From contig BDGG01000003.1 in the NCBI GenBank assembly GCA_001949185.1, forward strand, positions 3,207,158-3,271,157: a stretch of 64,000 nt of DNA. Direction: 5' to 3'. Source of the stretch: Ramazzottius varieornatus. Taxonomy: Eukaryota; Animalia; Tardigrada. Position 1 is the first letter of the stretch; every line of letters starts with the position of its first letter. The translations under genes and the position numbers were made by a program. Of this stretch, positions 44,924-56,868 are shown piece after piece. The notes beneath the pieces were generated by a model. It did not search any database and was not told the origin of the DNA. It saw only the letters and a list, made by a program, of their open reading frames with translations.

Positions 44924-45489
44924 GCGTTTAAGTGGACCGTCACTAGCAGCGCTGGACGGGAGATTTTCTCAGCGAATTATCGAAGACACAGATCGGCTCA
45001 GCAAGATCAAGATACAGCCCAACTTAGGATGTTAGTCAACCAATCATTATTCGTATTCGTCCTAAAAACGCGTTCCACAGGTGGTTGGAACACCGCTCCT
45101 CTGATGTGTTGAGTAGAATTTGCGCATTGGTGATAAAGTTCCGATTGCATGTAGATGGGGCCAGGTCGTACGTGGCAAATGCGTAACTTTTGATTTTAGA
45201 CTGGGGAAATGAGAAAATCATCCGTCCACCGCTGGTCACTAGATTAACTAGAACTGGAAATTTAAGCCGTTTTCGGACGGTTTTCCCATCGTATCCTTTG
45301 CTCTCCCTTCCGGATCCCAAGACTTCGACTATCTTCTGCCGAGTTGCTTTGTTTATACTGTGAGTACACTGTTCAGCCTCTATTGTGTGCCCCACAGGTT
45401 GTAACCAAATCATCGCAATCCGAACCGTGGCGAAATTTCAGCCGTTATTCCGGACGCCTCACGGCGCTGCTGGTTGAACTGCACGGGAA

Positions 45490-47817
45490 ATGATCATCTG
45501 CGAGAGCCGACGTATCCTTCGGCACTGCTGCCGAATGAAAAGGCTGGAGGGATGGCTGACGCCGCAGCTGCTACGCCACTTCGCGGGCGCCCTCGACATC
45601 CCTGTTCCACGGCTGGATGCACCCGAAGGTTCCTCCACTGTCTACCGTTCTCTGCCAGGTATGCAGTACTACATCCGTGTTGCTCCTTGGGGGCCACAGG
45701 TTCCGCAAGCCTTAGCCGGAGAGGAGCATCACACTATACTGACCCAGCTGGAAATGACGGCGGCGGATGTCGTCCCCAACACAAATACCAGGGGGAAGGC
45801 TAAGGACAAGTTTGACGTTAGTGCGGACCACTTTCAGCTCATCAGTGAAACTCTCAAAAAGTACAATGTTCCGTCGTACGAAGTCGAGAAGAACCCGGGG
45901 TTATTCTCTATGGTACCTTCAGACCTGGAAGATAGTCTGGAAATCTTCAGAGAGTTGGGATGGGAAATGATGACCGGTGATATGCTGACGTTCCACTCTA
46001 TGATATTGACCAAGAAAAGCGCAAAAGACGTCGTCAACTCTAGCAACTACAGCGTCACCAGAAGTATTCTTCGGAATCTTCTGAAAGAGCTGAAGATAGA
46101 TGAAGCGCAGCATCAAGAAGTTTTAGATGTCGTGAACGAAGACACTGCAAACTATTTGGTACGTAGCGCGCACACATGTTTGGGAGCTCGGCAAGCAAAA
46201 TCGATACGATCGTTTTTCCAAGTGGCGCACACTTCCAGCCAATATCACTGGAAACGTCCGCCACTAGGGATCTGGGCGAGTTCGTTTGTCGAGCTCCCGT
46301 TTTTATGTGTCGAATAATATATCTTCAAGCTCTCCATTTCAGACCCTTCACGAATGTCGGATACTAGCTTTCCGAAAGTTCCTCCAATGTATCTTCACCG
46401 TACCTGCCGAAATACAGTCAATGTTCAAGACCATCATGAGGGCAGCTGGACCACACCGTCCATTGAAGAGCCTCCAAGGTACCTTCGAGCATCTCATCAA
46501 CGACTTCAAGCTGGCACCTAAGCAAGTTCTAAAGTACAAGTCTCTTCTGATGAAGCACGACAAGCATTTTAAAGATTTGCTACAAAACTCGCCAAAGTTC
46601 CACGGGACTGATCTGCGAGTCATCGCCTCCAGTTATCCTCTCATCGTCCATCCGAACTCAAGACGCATCAAAGAAACTGAGGAAATCCTCATCAAATACG
46701 GCATAACCCACTCACAGGTTTGACATTACCATCTCCAAGGTTTCGTTCCATGGTTTCTGATTTCTTATTGGTTGGTTTTCCTAAGTGACGCACGGTACTG
46801 GCCAATAACACAGAGTACGTGCGCCACTCAACATCTGCACCATTTTTATCGTAATGTCATTTGAACTTACTTCTTTGAAGGCTGCGCGAGTTCTGATGAT
46901 CACGTCCGTCACTACCGAGACCTTAGAGAGACGGCTTCAAGCTCTGAAAAGAGATCCAGAACTGTGGAAGTACCACGAAGACCCAGACTTTCTAAGGATA
47001 GTCGTCTACTATCCAGACGCCATGAGGAGAGTGAGTTTCCTGCGAAGTATGCAGGTTCGTGATTTCGGTGTGCAGATCCTGGTCTGTCCACGTAACAGGT
47101 TTCACGTCGCACTTAACCGTGGAGCCTACACGGGACCTCAACAGAGAGTGAGGCCCTCGCAGCTGATCTCCGTGGCTGAATGGCTCGAGATGCCAGTGAC
47201 GGATGTTCGGAAGCGTATTCGCGATCAGCTGAAGTTTCCCCCGCGTTACGAAGCGACCAACACGACGGATATCCAAAAAGTTGTCAGTGTAAGACAAACT
47301 TATTTGAAATTAAATCTTGAAGCAGAATATCGGTTTTAATAGCGAAAATTTCAGTCGTGATTCAAATGAAAAAATGAAAAAATGAATAACATGATTCGGA
47401 ATAATTTCTCAATAAGATTTCTTTTTCCAGGCGATGAAAAGTAACGGCATAACGAAGGATCAGTTCCTCCAGTGTCTCAGTATCGCGCTCTACCCTTCGC
47501 ATGTGGTGGAAAAGTATCTCAATGAAGTGATTTTCGACCCAACCAATGAAGAACGGCGAAGTCGACCGAACTTCCTGCATTACGTTCTGTATGCAATTGA
47601 GAAAGCTAGTAATTTCGGTGGACCTCAAGCATGGGCGTTTTCTGGTATTGACAGCCTAGAAGACGATCTTCCAGTGAACGATACTGCCCGCCTTGTGGGT
47701 ATGAGGAATACCTTAAATGAGAGCATTCAAAAGCGGTTACGGTCGGAAAAAGAGGGTATGAGTACTGATGAACAGCGGGATGGTGCGAAGAGCGAAGATG
47801 AATGGTTCAAAAGCTAA
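45490..47817 (+). CDS. Probable mitochondrial mTERF-family protein (mTERF5-like), 4 exons
   Basis: Arg-rich presequence-like start (RRILRHCCRMKRL..LLRHFA); helical Leu/Pro-spaced repeats; C-terminal FLHYVLYAIEKASNFGG..W resembles invertebrate mTERF5 proteins as recalled. Family call is tentative. Confidence 0.5.
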
Positions 47818-48173
47818 AGTTTAACGCTGATGGGTTTCCTGTACAGTTTACACCTGTGTTTTATAAAATTTGGTTTTGGTCTGTGATAATGAGCGAGTTT
47901 CCCTATGGGAATCAGAAACAAGAAAAGCAGTAAAGATCTGTCGGGGAGAAAACGTTTGAGCAGTCGTCGTCGGTGCCCAACACATCACTTACACCAGGCT
48001 TCATCAGTCTCGATGTTTTGCTGATTTTTCTTTCAGCCGTAAATTTTGATTGCTTCCCGATCCTTGTAGATCAACTCTACAGTGAATGTAAGGGGATACG
48101 GCAGCACGATGCAGAAAAGGTCTTCCACTTCCTGCAGAATGTTAACATTTAACGAAAGCTGGCAGAAGCGACT

Positions 48174-48443
48174 ATGCCTCAAGCTCCGCAACGAGAAGCG
48201 TGGATCACACATCTTCCAGAAGAGTTACTGGGGAGGAGTGTCGCGCGTACTACGATCACCGGCCCGAGAACCTTCAAAAGGAAGACTGACGAGTATGAAG
48301 TGGACTTCTCCGGATGGACGGCGGGACCTGATGGGAAGAAGCCAAAGCAAAGTAAGGAGAAGAAGGAACTGTCGTTGCTAGAAAGGCTGGAAAATTGCTG
48401 TATGAGAACGGAAACGCGAAAACAGGAATTATCAAGCTCATGA
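48174..48443 (+). pseudogene. GPALPP1/DUF3752-like fragment, apparently truncated
   Basis: REAWITHLPEE..GPRTFKRK....SGWT..P resembles the GPALPP1 core; in-frame TAA at 48150 upstream and no recognisable C-terminal part. Confidence 0.5.
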
Positions 48444-49372
48444 ATGATGCTCAGACTCAGAGAAGCGGAAACAATGAGACGATTTTGATAAATGGACCAG
48501 AATCTTCTCGACAACCTCGTAAGACTGTATGTACACAGCAAAAGCGGAAACAGAAGTCGAAACGCTGCTGAAAGACAAAGCTGAAATAAAACAAAGAAAG
48601 AGTTACATTTTCTTTAGGTGCTTCTTGATGATGGCCTGTCTGTTCTTATGAGCTTCCGTCTCTACAATCTTGCGTTTCTGCCTTATGGGATCACTTCCGA
48701 ATCCAGGAATGTACATGTTCCAGTTATGCTCCAGATAGAAGCGAACATCTTGAACGTCCAGACTCTTGCTTTTCCTGGCTTGAGCAACCTTGGCAGACAT
48801 GGTTGTCAACTCATCCACCAGCTCTCCTGCATACTTCTGAAGGAATTCTTGAACGTCTTCGTCCAGCTTCAAATTCGGATCAACAGACTTGGCAAGTTCG
48901 TTGATCTTCTCCTTCGTTAGAAGCGGAGGTGGCTCTGAAGGCTTGGTCGCCATCTTCCCACGTGAATCCGGTGAGCGGTCGAGAGTCGAGACGAAGGGAC
49001 GAGATGTCAGTAACGAAAGTCCCGTGACTCCCGTCCACCGATACAGCACTAACAACAGCCCATTAAATGTGGTCGCGATAAGATCAAGCCACTCAGCAGA
49101 ATCCTCCCCTTCTCGGGGCCGTACGTCAGCACAGCCAAACGAAACCTTCAATAGTCCTGTAGCAATAACTTCTCTGAGGACTCTTAGCAGCTCTCCAAGA
49201 TGAGAACTGTGCAATACATATGATGTGAGGGTGATCCAGGATCCCGGAAGGACGAAATATACACTTTGAATTTTTATGACGTCATCAGGGCTTTTGATTG
49301 GTTGTTCATAATCTGCAAGAACCGGCGATCAAGCTATCACCTCGGGTTTGTCGCAGATGTTCATGTTCACAG
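48394..49372 (+). repeat. 979-bp segmental duplication, copy 2 (probably the ancestral locus)
   Basis: Left edge is contiguous with the GPALPP1-like ORF, whereas copy 1 breaks into unrelated sequence. Confidence 0.9.
48603..48953 (-). CDS. TAF12: TFIID subunit TAF12, copy 2
   Basis: Protein identical to copy 1. Confidence 0.9.
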   Translation of the reverse strand: MATKPSEPPPLLTKEKINELAKSVDPNLKLDEDVQEFLQKYAGELVDELTTMSAKVAQARKSKSLDVQDVRFYLEHNWNMYIPGFGSDPIRQKRKIVETEAHKNRQAIIKKHLKKM

Positions 49373-50003
49373 CCGATGAGTGGCTGATCCTACAGGGGAT
49401 GACAGCGAACCAACTAGCCACTGCAGCGACCCAACCAGCTGTTCCATCCATCAGCCCTGGCGCTCCGGCCATCCAGCCGTCCAGCCTTCGGGTCCCTCAA
49501 GCCAGCTCCTACCATGCATCAGCGGTTACCAACAGCCCGTCGGTACGGGTGGACCGGATTTTTACACCTGATATACCCGTTTATACCTGATTGAGCGACT
49601 GGCTTTTTGCCAGGCCAAGCTAAGTTCTGCCCCATTGTCTCCAGAACGGTCGGTAAAGGTTTACCTGGCGTAGCGCCGCAGACTGGCCACGTATAATTAA
49701 TTTTAATTTGTTGCCGCCGATACAGTGTGAGGCTATTACGTAATTCTCCCAGAGCTCACTAAAACAACCTTTCATGCGACTTGATACCCATGTCAAACCA
49801 CTTCAGGTGGTCTAACATGGGATTCTTGGGCACGAGCTGTCGTTGCGGAGGTGATTGTGTTCGTAAGTTTGTGTGTGGACCCCTCTGCTGAACTTTGCCC
49901 GGTGAAGGGCAAAGTACAACAGTAGTGGAGATACGCTTGTGAATGGAATGTGACTGAGGAGAAGCGAAAGTAGGTCACAAAAGAGGATGAGGCTATAGCG
50001 TTG

Positions 50004-50203
50004 CAGTGTTATTTTAATCATTAAAATAGTTTTAATTGTGCGGGTTAGGGTTCGCTTGATTGATTAATCCATAATAGGAAATCGAACTCTAATAATTGAA
50101 ATTCGTCAGCGATAATTGATTTTACTTGCAGTCAGCTGATCACATAGACTTAAGATTAGCACGTGACTTTTAATAATTTTAATTGCATAGTAAAATAACA
50201 CTG
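50004..50203. mobile_element. hAT-type MITE (TIR CAGTGTTATTTT), 200 bp
   Basis: TIRs as above; 8-bp TSD tagcgttg/tagcattg. Confidence 0.85.
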
Positions 50204-50248
50204 TAGCATTGCATTCGGAGTCACAGGGAGTAATTCAATGGTTGGGAA

Positions 50249-51213
50249 TAGGGTTGTTAATGGATGGATAAACGGTTAAATGGATGGATAACCGGATGGA
50301 TAAGAACTTATCCGGATACCATTTGGATGGATAAAAGGTTTATCCGTATCCAGCTTCTTGGATAAAACTTTTATTTGGATGATCCGAATATTATTCGGTT
50401 AAACCAATTAGATACAAACTATATGTTCAATCACTAGAGCCAAACCGAAACTACCAAACTTTGTAGCGTATCTATTCATCGTCTATCGTCATGCTACCAT
50501 AGCTTCAAAAACCACCGTTCAAGAGTTCAGACATAACATGGCTTGAAGGGCCTCAGGTTCTAGGCGGTACGAAGGACTGTAACGTATCGACCACAACCAG
50601 AGAATGCACTCTCAGGAGGCACAGAAGAAGCCTGTGCAGCCAGAACATCCTTCGCAGTGCGGTACAACGTCGGATAGCGGCTTTCCGACATGCTCCAAAA
50701 TTCCAGGACATCTCTTTTGACTGATTCCTTTGGATCCAGGAAGAATTGGTCATCTTCGTTGAGCTGAGAGTCTGCTGCCGAAGTGACTTGCGCCATCATC
50801 CGTTCGCGGATAGACAGCTGCGTATTCGGAGGTGGTGCAGTAGACTTCTCGGCAATGTCGGAACTTCCTCTTTGGCTGTAATAAAAACAACTTACAAACA
50901 GCACGAGCTATCGTTCGTAAGAATGGAAGAGTGTAACGAGAAACAATGTTCAATGAGCCGACTTCCGGTAGGCTTGTAGCAGTAGAGAGATTGCGCATCG
51001 TTACGAATCTCTCAGACTACTACGTAACGTTAGCAAGACGAGTTGGGCTGTTCTGCTTTGATTGTCTGTTTTATTGATTCAGGTAGGTGTATACGGATAG
51101 ACGTCGGATTTATGAAGATGTTATCCGGATCGAATGGATAAAATTCTTGTCCGATCCGTTTTATGCGGATATATCCGGATAAATCCGGTGTGGATGGATA
51201 ATTGACATCCCTA
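50249..51213 (-). mobile_element. Internally deleted hAT element (Ds-like) retaining only the last transposase exon
   Basis: TIRs TAGGGTTGTTAAT / ATTGACATCCCTA; perfect TSD GTTGGGAA; subterminal (C)CGGATA/TGGATA repeats; dimerisation-domain remnant DVLEFW..YPTL..DVLAAQASSVPPESAFS. Confidence 0.9.
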
Positions 51214-51222
51214 GTTGGGAAC

Positions 51223-54200
51223 TAGGGATGTTAATTAACCAACCGACAACGGATACATCCGGATATATCCGGTTAAAAGACGGATTGGATAAGCATGTTG
51301 ACCATCCGCTTGTTAGCCGGATAAAGCTCTTAACCAACCGGATAGGATCCGGATAACGTCCGTATCCAACCAGATTTTATCCGGTTAATGAGCTTCGAAT
51401 CAACCAGCAAATCAGAGCAACATGCTGTAGGGTACGAGCTGTAGTCTGGCTGCCGACGGGTCTTGGGCTGACTGGCTCAAAATTCGTTTTGTTACGCAAT
51501 CTCCTAATTAGCAACCGCACAGGAAGTCAGCGTTGAATACTGTATCTGTTCGTATCGCACCGTAACAGTATGTCGGCTTCCTCCACTTCTTGCTTGCCAA
51601 TATCTCTGATGGTATTCTTTAGCTTCTTTTGCCTTATTGTTCGACGCGCTATAGTCTATAGGGTATTGGAACTGGACTCTGCAATATGGTCACTCGTAGA
51701 CGCTCCTGGAATCGGCAACAAAGCGACGAAGAGGACGATGGCCACCATGACGCTCTTCACGATGAAGTTGTTGATTTCGAGGCAGAACTTCTAGGCCTCA
51801 CTACACCTCTAAGCACCGAGTTTTCCGGAGGAAATCACTGCAGCGGGCACTGTACAACTACCAACCGGAACGAAGAAGAAGGATAAGGCGACACATTCAG
51901 ATATAAACGATCACTTCACGAAGTCGGTTGGTAAAGACGGAAAAACCACAGCCAAATGTAACTACTGCAGCAGCGTCTACAAGAACGTGCAAGGAACTTC
52001 TGACTTGCACTACCATATGAAGAAAGAGCATCTTTCGTAACTGCAGAAAGCTTCCAAAGACAAGCTACTTCATCCAGCGTTTCAAGCAAAGCAGAAAGAC
52101 CCTCCACAGGTCATGTCAAAGAAAGAAACTACTCGTCACACGAACAACCTTACGGAGTGGATCGTCTGTACTGCAAAGCCGATCAGCACCGTTGATGAAC
52201 CACGATTTGTCAAACTCATTAGTGGTCTGAATGCTAGCTACAAGGTAAAATCTCATAACTATTAATAGGTCTATGTTCGGACGATGATGAGAATCCATTT
52301 TGTCGTACTTTTGTAAACGATGTGAGCATTTGAACAGGTGCCCTGTCGACAAACCATCCGGAGGCTTATCGTCGACGGCTACAAAGCGAAGAAAGTCCAG
52401 ATCATTGAAGAACTATCTGCGGTGGCGAGTCGTTTCTCACTGACAACAGACATGTGGAAAGCAAGCGTCAGAAAGCAGTCATATCTTGTCATCACCTTGC
52501 ACTGGATAGATAACGAATGGAAGTTGAGAAATGTTATTCTTGACTTTCGATATATCTCTCATAAGCATTCAGGTGAAAACATGAAAGACGCAGCTATGGA
52601 AACTCTCAAAGAACTCAAAGTCGCCCACAGGATCTCTGGAGTGACTACAGATGGAGCGTCAAACATGATAAAGTTCCTCGACTTATTGCTGGCTGACATG
52701 GAAACTGAAAGGCGTAGTTTTTCGAGAACCGCGCAGTTCTCACCGAAAGGTAAACGTTTAGAAGCAATAAAGAAAATATGAGTTAGTGTGTATTCTCACA
52801 AATGCAAATAGCTCGAAGTCGCCCTTGCGGCAATACATGTTCTGCTAGGGTCAATATTCACTACGGTAAATAACTATATTATTTTTTTCAGTTAGCTCGT
52901 TCTGGCATGGGGTGCAGCACATATTGTCAATAAAGTGGCGGAGGTAGCAATCGACAAGAAGGTTGATACTGTTTCGAAAATTCGCGCATGTGTGGTTTAC
53001 TTACGTCAACCCACCATTCGCGAAAGTTTCTTGGCTTCTATCCAGCCTGCACCGGAGGACCTGAAGTTGCCGTTGGATGTAGCCACACGGTGGAACAGCT
53101 TTTTGCATATGGTGGAGTCAACTTATGCACGACGCCATGAAATTCACGACTACTTGTCCACCCAGAAAGCAGCCATCAAGAATGACGTACCCCCTGCGAA
53201 GGAATGGATCGAGATGGAAGACCTCATCGAACTTCTGAAGCCTCTGGAAGCTGTTTCTGTTGATTGCTTGGCTTTTAAGTCTTCAACCTTCCACCTGGTC
53301 TTGGCCGAGCTGGAGTGTTTGCGGTCTCACCTGGAAGCTTTTAACGAAGACTATGCTAAGGTTTATATGCATTTGTTATTGTCAGTAAAAGTTTCGGTAC
53401 TAACTCTGGAGGGCCATTATTTCGTCAAAAGCTGTATGTTTTGTTAACTTCAGGCACACTGGATCTGCGAATTGGCTAAAGACATGTTAGCCAAACTGGA
53501 GGACTGCCTTAAATTATCCTGGAAAACACCTGGCGTCCGAATACAAGTTCCTATGATAACCAGGCTGCTTGATCCGAGCATCAAAGACGCCTACCTTCCT
53601 ATAGTGGAAAGTCGAACCGCAGCCAGCACCATGCTGAAACATATAGTGCCACTATACAAGAATGTTCCAAAGTAGTAAATCTTTTAGTATGCTCATAACC
53701 AAACTGGTACCAGAATTATATCTGTAGCAGTCTAAGCCTATGAATTTTTTCTGCTATAGTGAAAGAAGAGGTTCCGGAAGTTCTTCGCAGTCAGCCGTTT
53801 AAGCGCCTGAAGAGCCGCTGTCTATTCGCGAAAGAATGATCGCACAAGTTACTTCGGGGGCGGATACTCAACTGAACGAGGTGGATCAGTACTTTTTGGA
53901 CCCGAAGGAACCAGCCAAAAGAGATGTTCTAGACTTCTGGAGTATGAGTGAAACGCGATATCCTACTTTGCACCGCCTTTTAAAAGACGTCCTGGCTGCA
54001 CAGGCTTCGTCCGTGCCATCAGAGAGTGCCTTTTCTGGTAGCGGTCGATACATAACCGTCCTTCGTAATCGACTTGAGCCTGAATCCATTCAAGCCATGT
54101 TATGCTTGAATTTTCGGACTGATGTCTTCGAAGCTATGGTTGCGATGATGATTGGCGAGGATGAGTAAACAGAGCGAAGGTTCGATAGCTTCGACTCACA

Positions 54201-54387
54201 GCTAAAAACTGACGAGAACCTCTAAGCGGAATTTTAACCGGATAATATCCGGATAAGCCGGATAAAAGTTTTAACCAGAGAGCTGGATAAGGATAAGTCT
54301 TTCAACCAACCACACTGTATCCGGATAAAGTTTTATCCAACCGCTTATCCAACCGTCTAACCATTTAACCAACCATTAACATCCCTA
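51223..54387 (+). mobile_element. Full-length Ac-like hAT transposon with disabled, intron-containing transposase
   Basis: TIRs TAGGGATGTTAAT / ATTAACATCCCTA; perfect TSD TTGGGAAC; BED finger (CNYC..HMKKEH), LTTDMW, TTDGASN, DVATRWNS, ASSVPSESAFS. In-frame stops at 52038 and 53800 and an apparent frameshift near 51820. Confidence 0.92.
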
Positions 54388-54602
54388 TTGGGAACTTGGG
54401 ATACGCGCTGCCATCATCCCAGTTCTCGTTTTCTTCCCTTCTAGCCTCCCTCGGCGGCAACAGTACCCGTTAGGGTGCCGCCCTGCGAATCCTCCTTAAA
54501 GTTCGGGAGTTGCGGACGTCCCCACTTTGCAAGTCGTATGGAGTAGAGCATCACCTGTTCTTGCGGCGATCGAATAGGACCTGCAAGCAGGACGCGGAGA
54601 AG

Positions 54603-56570
54603 ATGGCAACCAGCAACATCCAAATTCAGTTCGAGGTTGGACACACGGCTCTGTACAGACCGAACGATCTAGCAGGTAACTGAAAGATTTCTGGGACTGC
54701 TCCAAAAAGGAATATAAGTGCTATTCAGAATCGCAGATTTGACAGCCACATCATTGCTTATTCTCCTGTTTTTAGGCACAACTCATGACTGGGTGGTATT
54801 CCTTCGCAGTCCAAAGGGAGCTCCTGACATTAGCCCGTTGATTCGCAAAGTCGTCTTCCACCTTCACAACAGCTTCCAGCTACCCATTCGAGTGGTAGAT
54901 AAGCCTCCTTACGAAGTGAGAGAATCGGGATATGCAGGGTTCATGCTGCCCATCGAAATCCACTTCGCCAAGCCACCGACTTCCGACAAGCAGTCTTCGC
55001 AAAGTCAAGCTTATCATAACCAGCTACAAAAAGTTCGGTACGATTATGACCTCGCGTTCAACCCTTCGGAATCATGCAACGTCCTCCAGATCGAGAAAGT
55101 TACCTTCCAGAGCCCGTACATGGAGTTCAGAAGAGCCTTATTGAACGCGGGTAACTACTTCGGGTTGCTGTGACTGCGTATTTTTTCGGTGGGCTAAGGA
55201 CAAGGAGACTGAGTCGGTCACCCGTGTAGCTCAGGCAAAATACGGGGGTGACCGATGTTTCCTTCGTGCCTTGTGACTTGCTGCTCTGTGTCGAGTCGTT
55301 ACCTCATCACTTTTTCATTTGCAGGTGGTGTTGGCTTATTAGAAACTGATATCAAGTCAGTGACTCCAGGACGTCCGATGATCCAGACAATGAAGCACTC
55401 AGGTCCGACTGATCGTATCGCGAAGCGGTTTTCCGCTGTTCCCACGTTCGAAGAGTTCGCAGAACTGTTCAACATCAAGCTCGATCCCAACAAAGCAGTT
55501 CCGCTCCGAAACAAACCAGACGCTTCAAAGGAGAAGCCGCGCGACACAAACAGCAGTAAAGACAGACAGGAAGAGAAGATTCAGTCAGTGAACAAGAAGG
55601 CTCCCGTGCAGAATACTCCTCAGAACATGTCGAAGACGCAGAAACAGTTGGCTGTTCGAGACAATGTACCGAAACCTTCGGTCTCTCCGAAGCCCAAAAT
55701 TCGCCCAGCTTCCATCATTCAACCGTTCCAGAACGCGCCCAGTACCACCAACACGTCACGGCTGAAAGATAGCGCGGCTCCTTCTTCGCAGGGACCGCCA
55801 GCAAAACCGCTGTCTCGCCTCGGTGTACCCACGTCTATGCGAGTCTCACCTCGTCCGATCTCTCCACCGTCACCCATCGCAAAGTCCTCAGCAGGTAAAC
55901 CAGCAAAAACTATGCCAGAAAGGCGAATGGTCTGACAACAGCTCTTATTTTTATTATAGGTCAGAAAAGCCACCAGGAGCCTGCTGCGAGTGAAAGCGAG
56001 TCCTCTGCTTCAGAAGAAGACCAAGTCTTCATCCGAACGAAACACTCCGCCAAAGTTCGACGCGGTTCTACGGGCTTCCGTCTTCCTAAGGTGAATGGGC
56101 GATCCACTTCCCCATCCCAACTTCTGGAGAACGTCAAGAACGCAGCCGTGTCTGAGCTCTCTGATGACGAATCCAGCGACGACCTAGTTCCCGACTTGAC
56201 TTCCATTCGCGTGACCAAGACTACTCCAGTTCCTCCTGTCAGTTCCGAAGAAGACGAAGAGGCGAGCAGCCCTGAACCCTTCCAAGAGACGCCTCCAAGA
56301 ATACTGACAGAGTACGAAGAAGATGAACGGTATCGACTGCAGTGCCTACTGAGCCAGCTGGAAGACCGGTTAGTCATTCAACGCATAGTGGATGTACTCG
56401 ATCCTCTCGGCGCCTTCCTGATCGATCAGAAAGCGGGAACGTTCAGTTTCAACCTGTACATGCTGGATGAGAAGACTTATAAGAACGTAAGGGATATCGC
56501 GGATTTTGATAGCTATGAGTTTGATGAGGCGGCTGAGTTCGTGGAAGACCGAAGAACTTCGAAGCGATAG
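54603..56570 (+). CDS. MLLT1/MLLT3-like: YEATS-domain protein, AF9/ENL family
   Basis: FEVGH..|THDWVVFLR..KVVFHLHNSF..PPYEVRESGYAGFMLPIEIHF (YEATS); C-terminal AHD-like QRIVDVL..TFSFNLYMLD. Confidence 0.88.
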
Positions 56571-56868
56571 GTGAGGGAAATTAGAGTTGATTTTGTGTTA
56601 CTCTTGTGAATCCTAATGCTCATTTTGTTGAACTGTGATACGAAAAACTATATGACTTCCCTTTTTATTAATTTTATACGCTTTAGTTTGGTGGCTGTAG
56701 CTTAGTGGATGAGTTCATTAAATCAGTCGGCAGATTAAATCCAACAGGTGCAAGTTTTCTCAGCGTATATTCTGGCATTTAAATTTTCTGATGGACCGAT
56801 AGCGTGACTAAACCTAACTGGGAGTGATGGGTATAGTACTGTATCGTACTGTAAGAAGATTTACCAAC

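Noticed and set aside
51686-54168. Active or domesticated hAT transposase
   Set aside because: In-frame stops, an apparent frameshift and GAAH in place of the CxxH motif; TIRs and TSD are still present.
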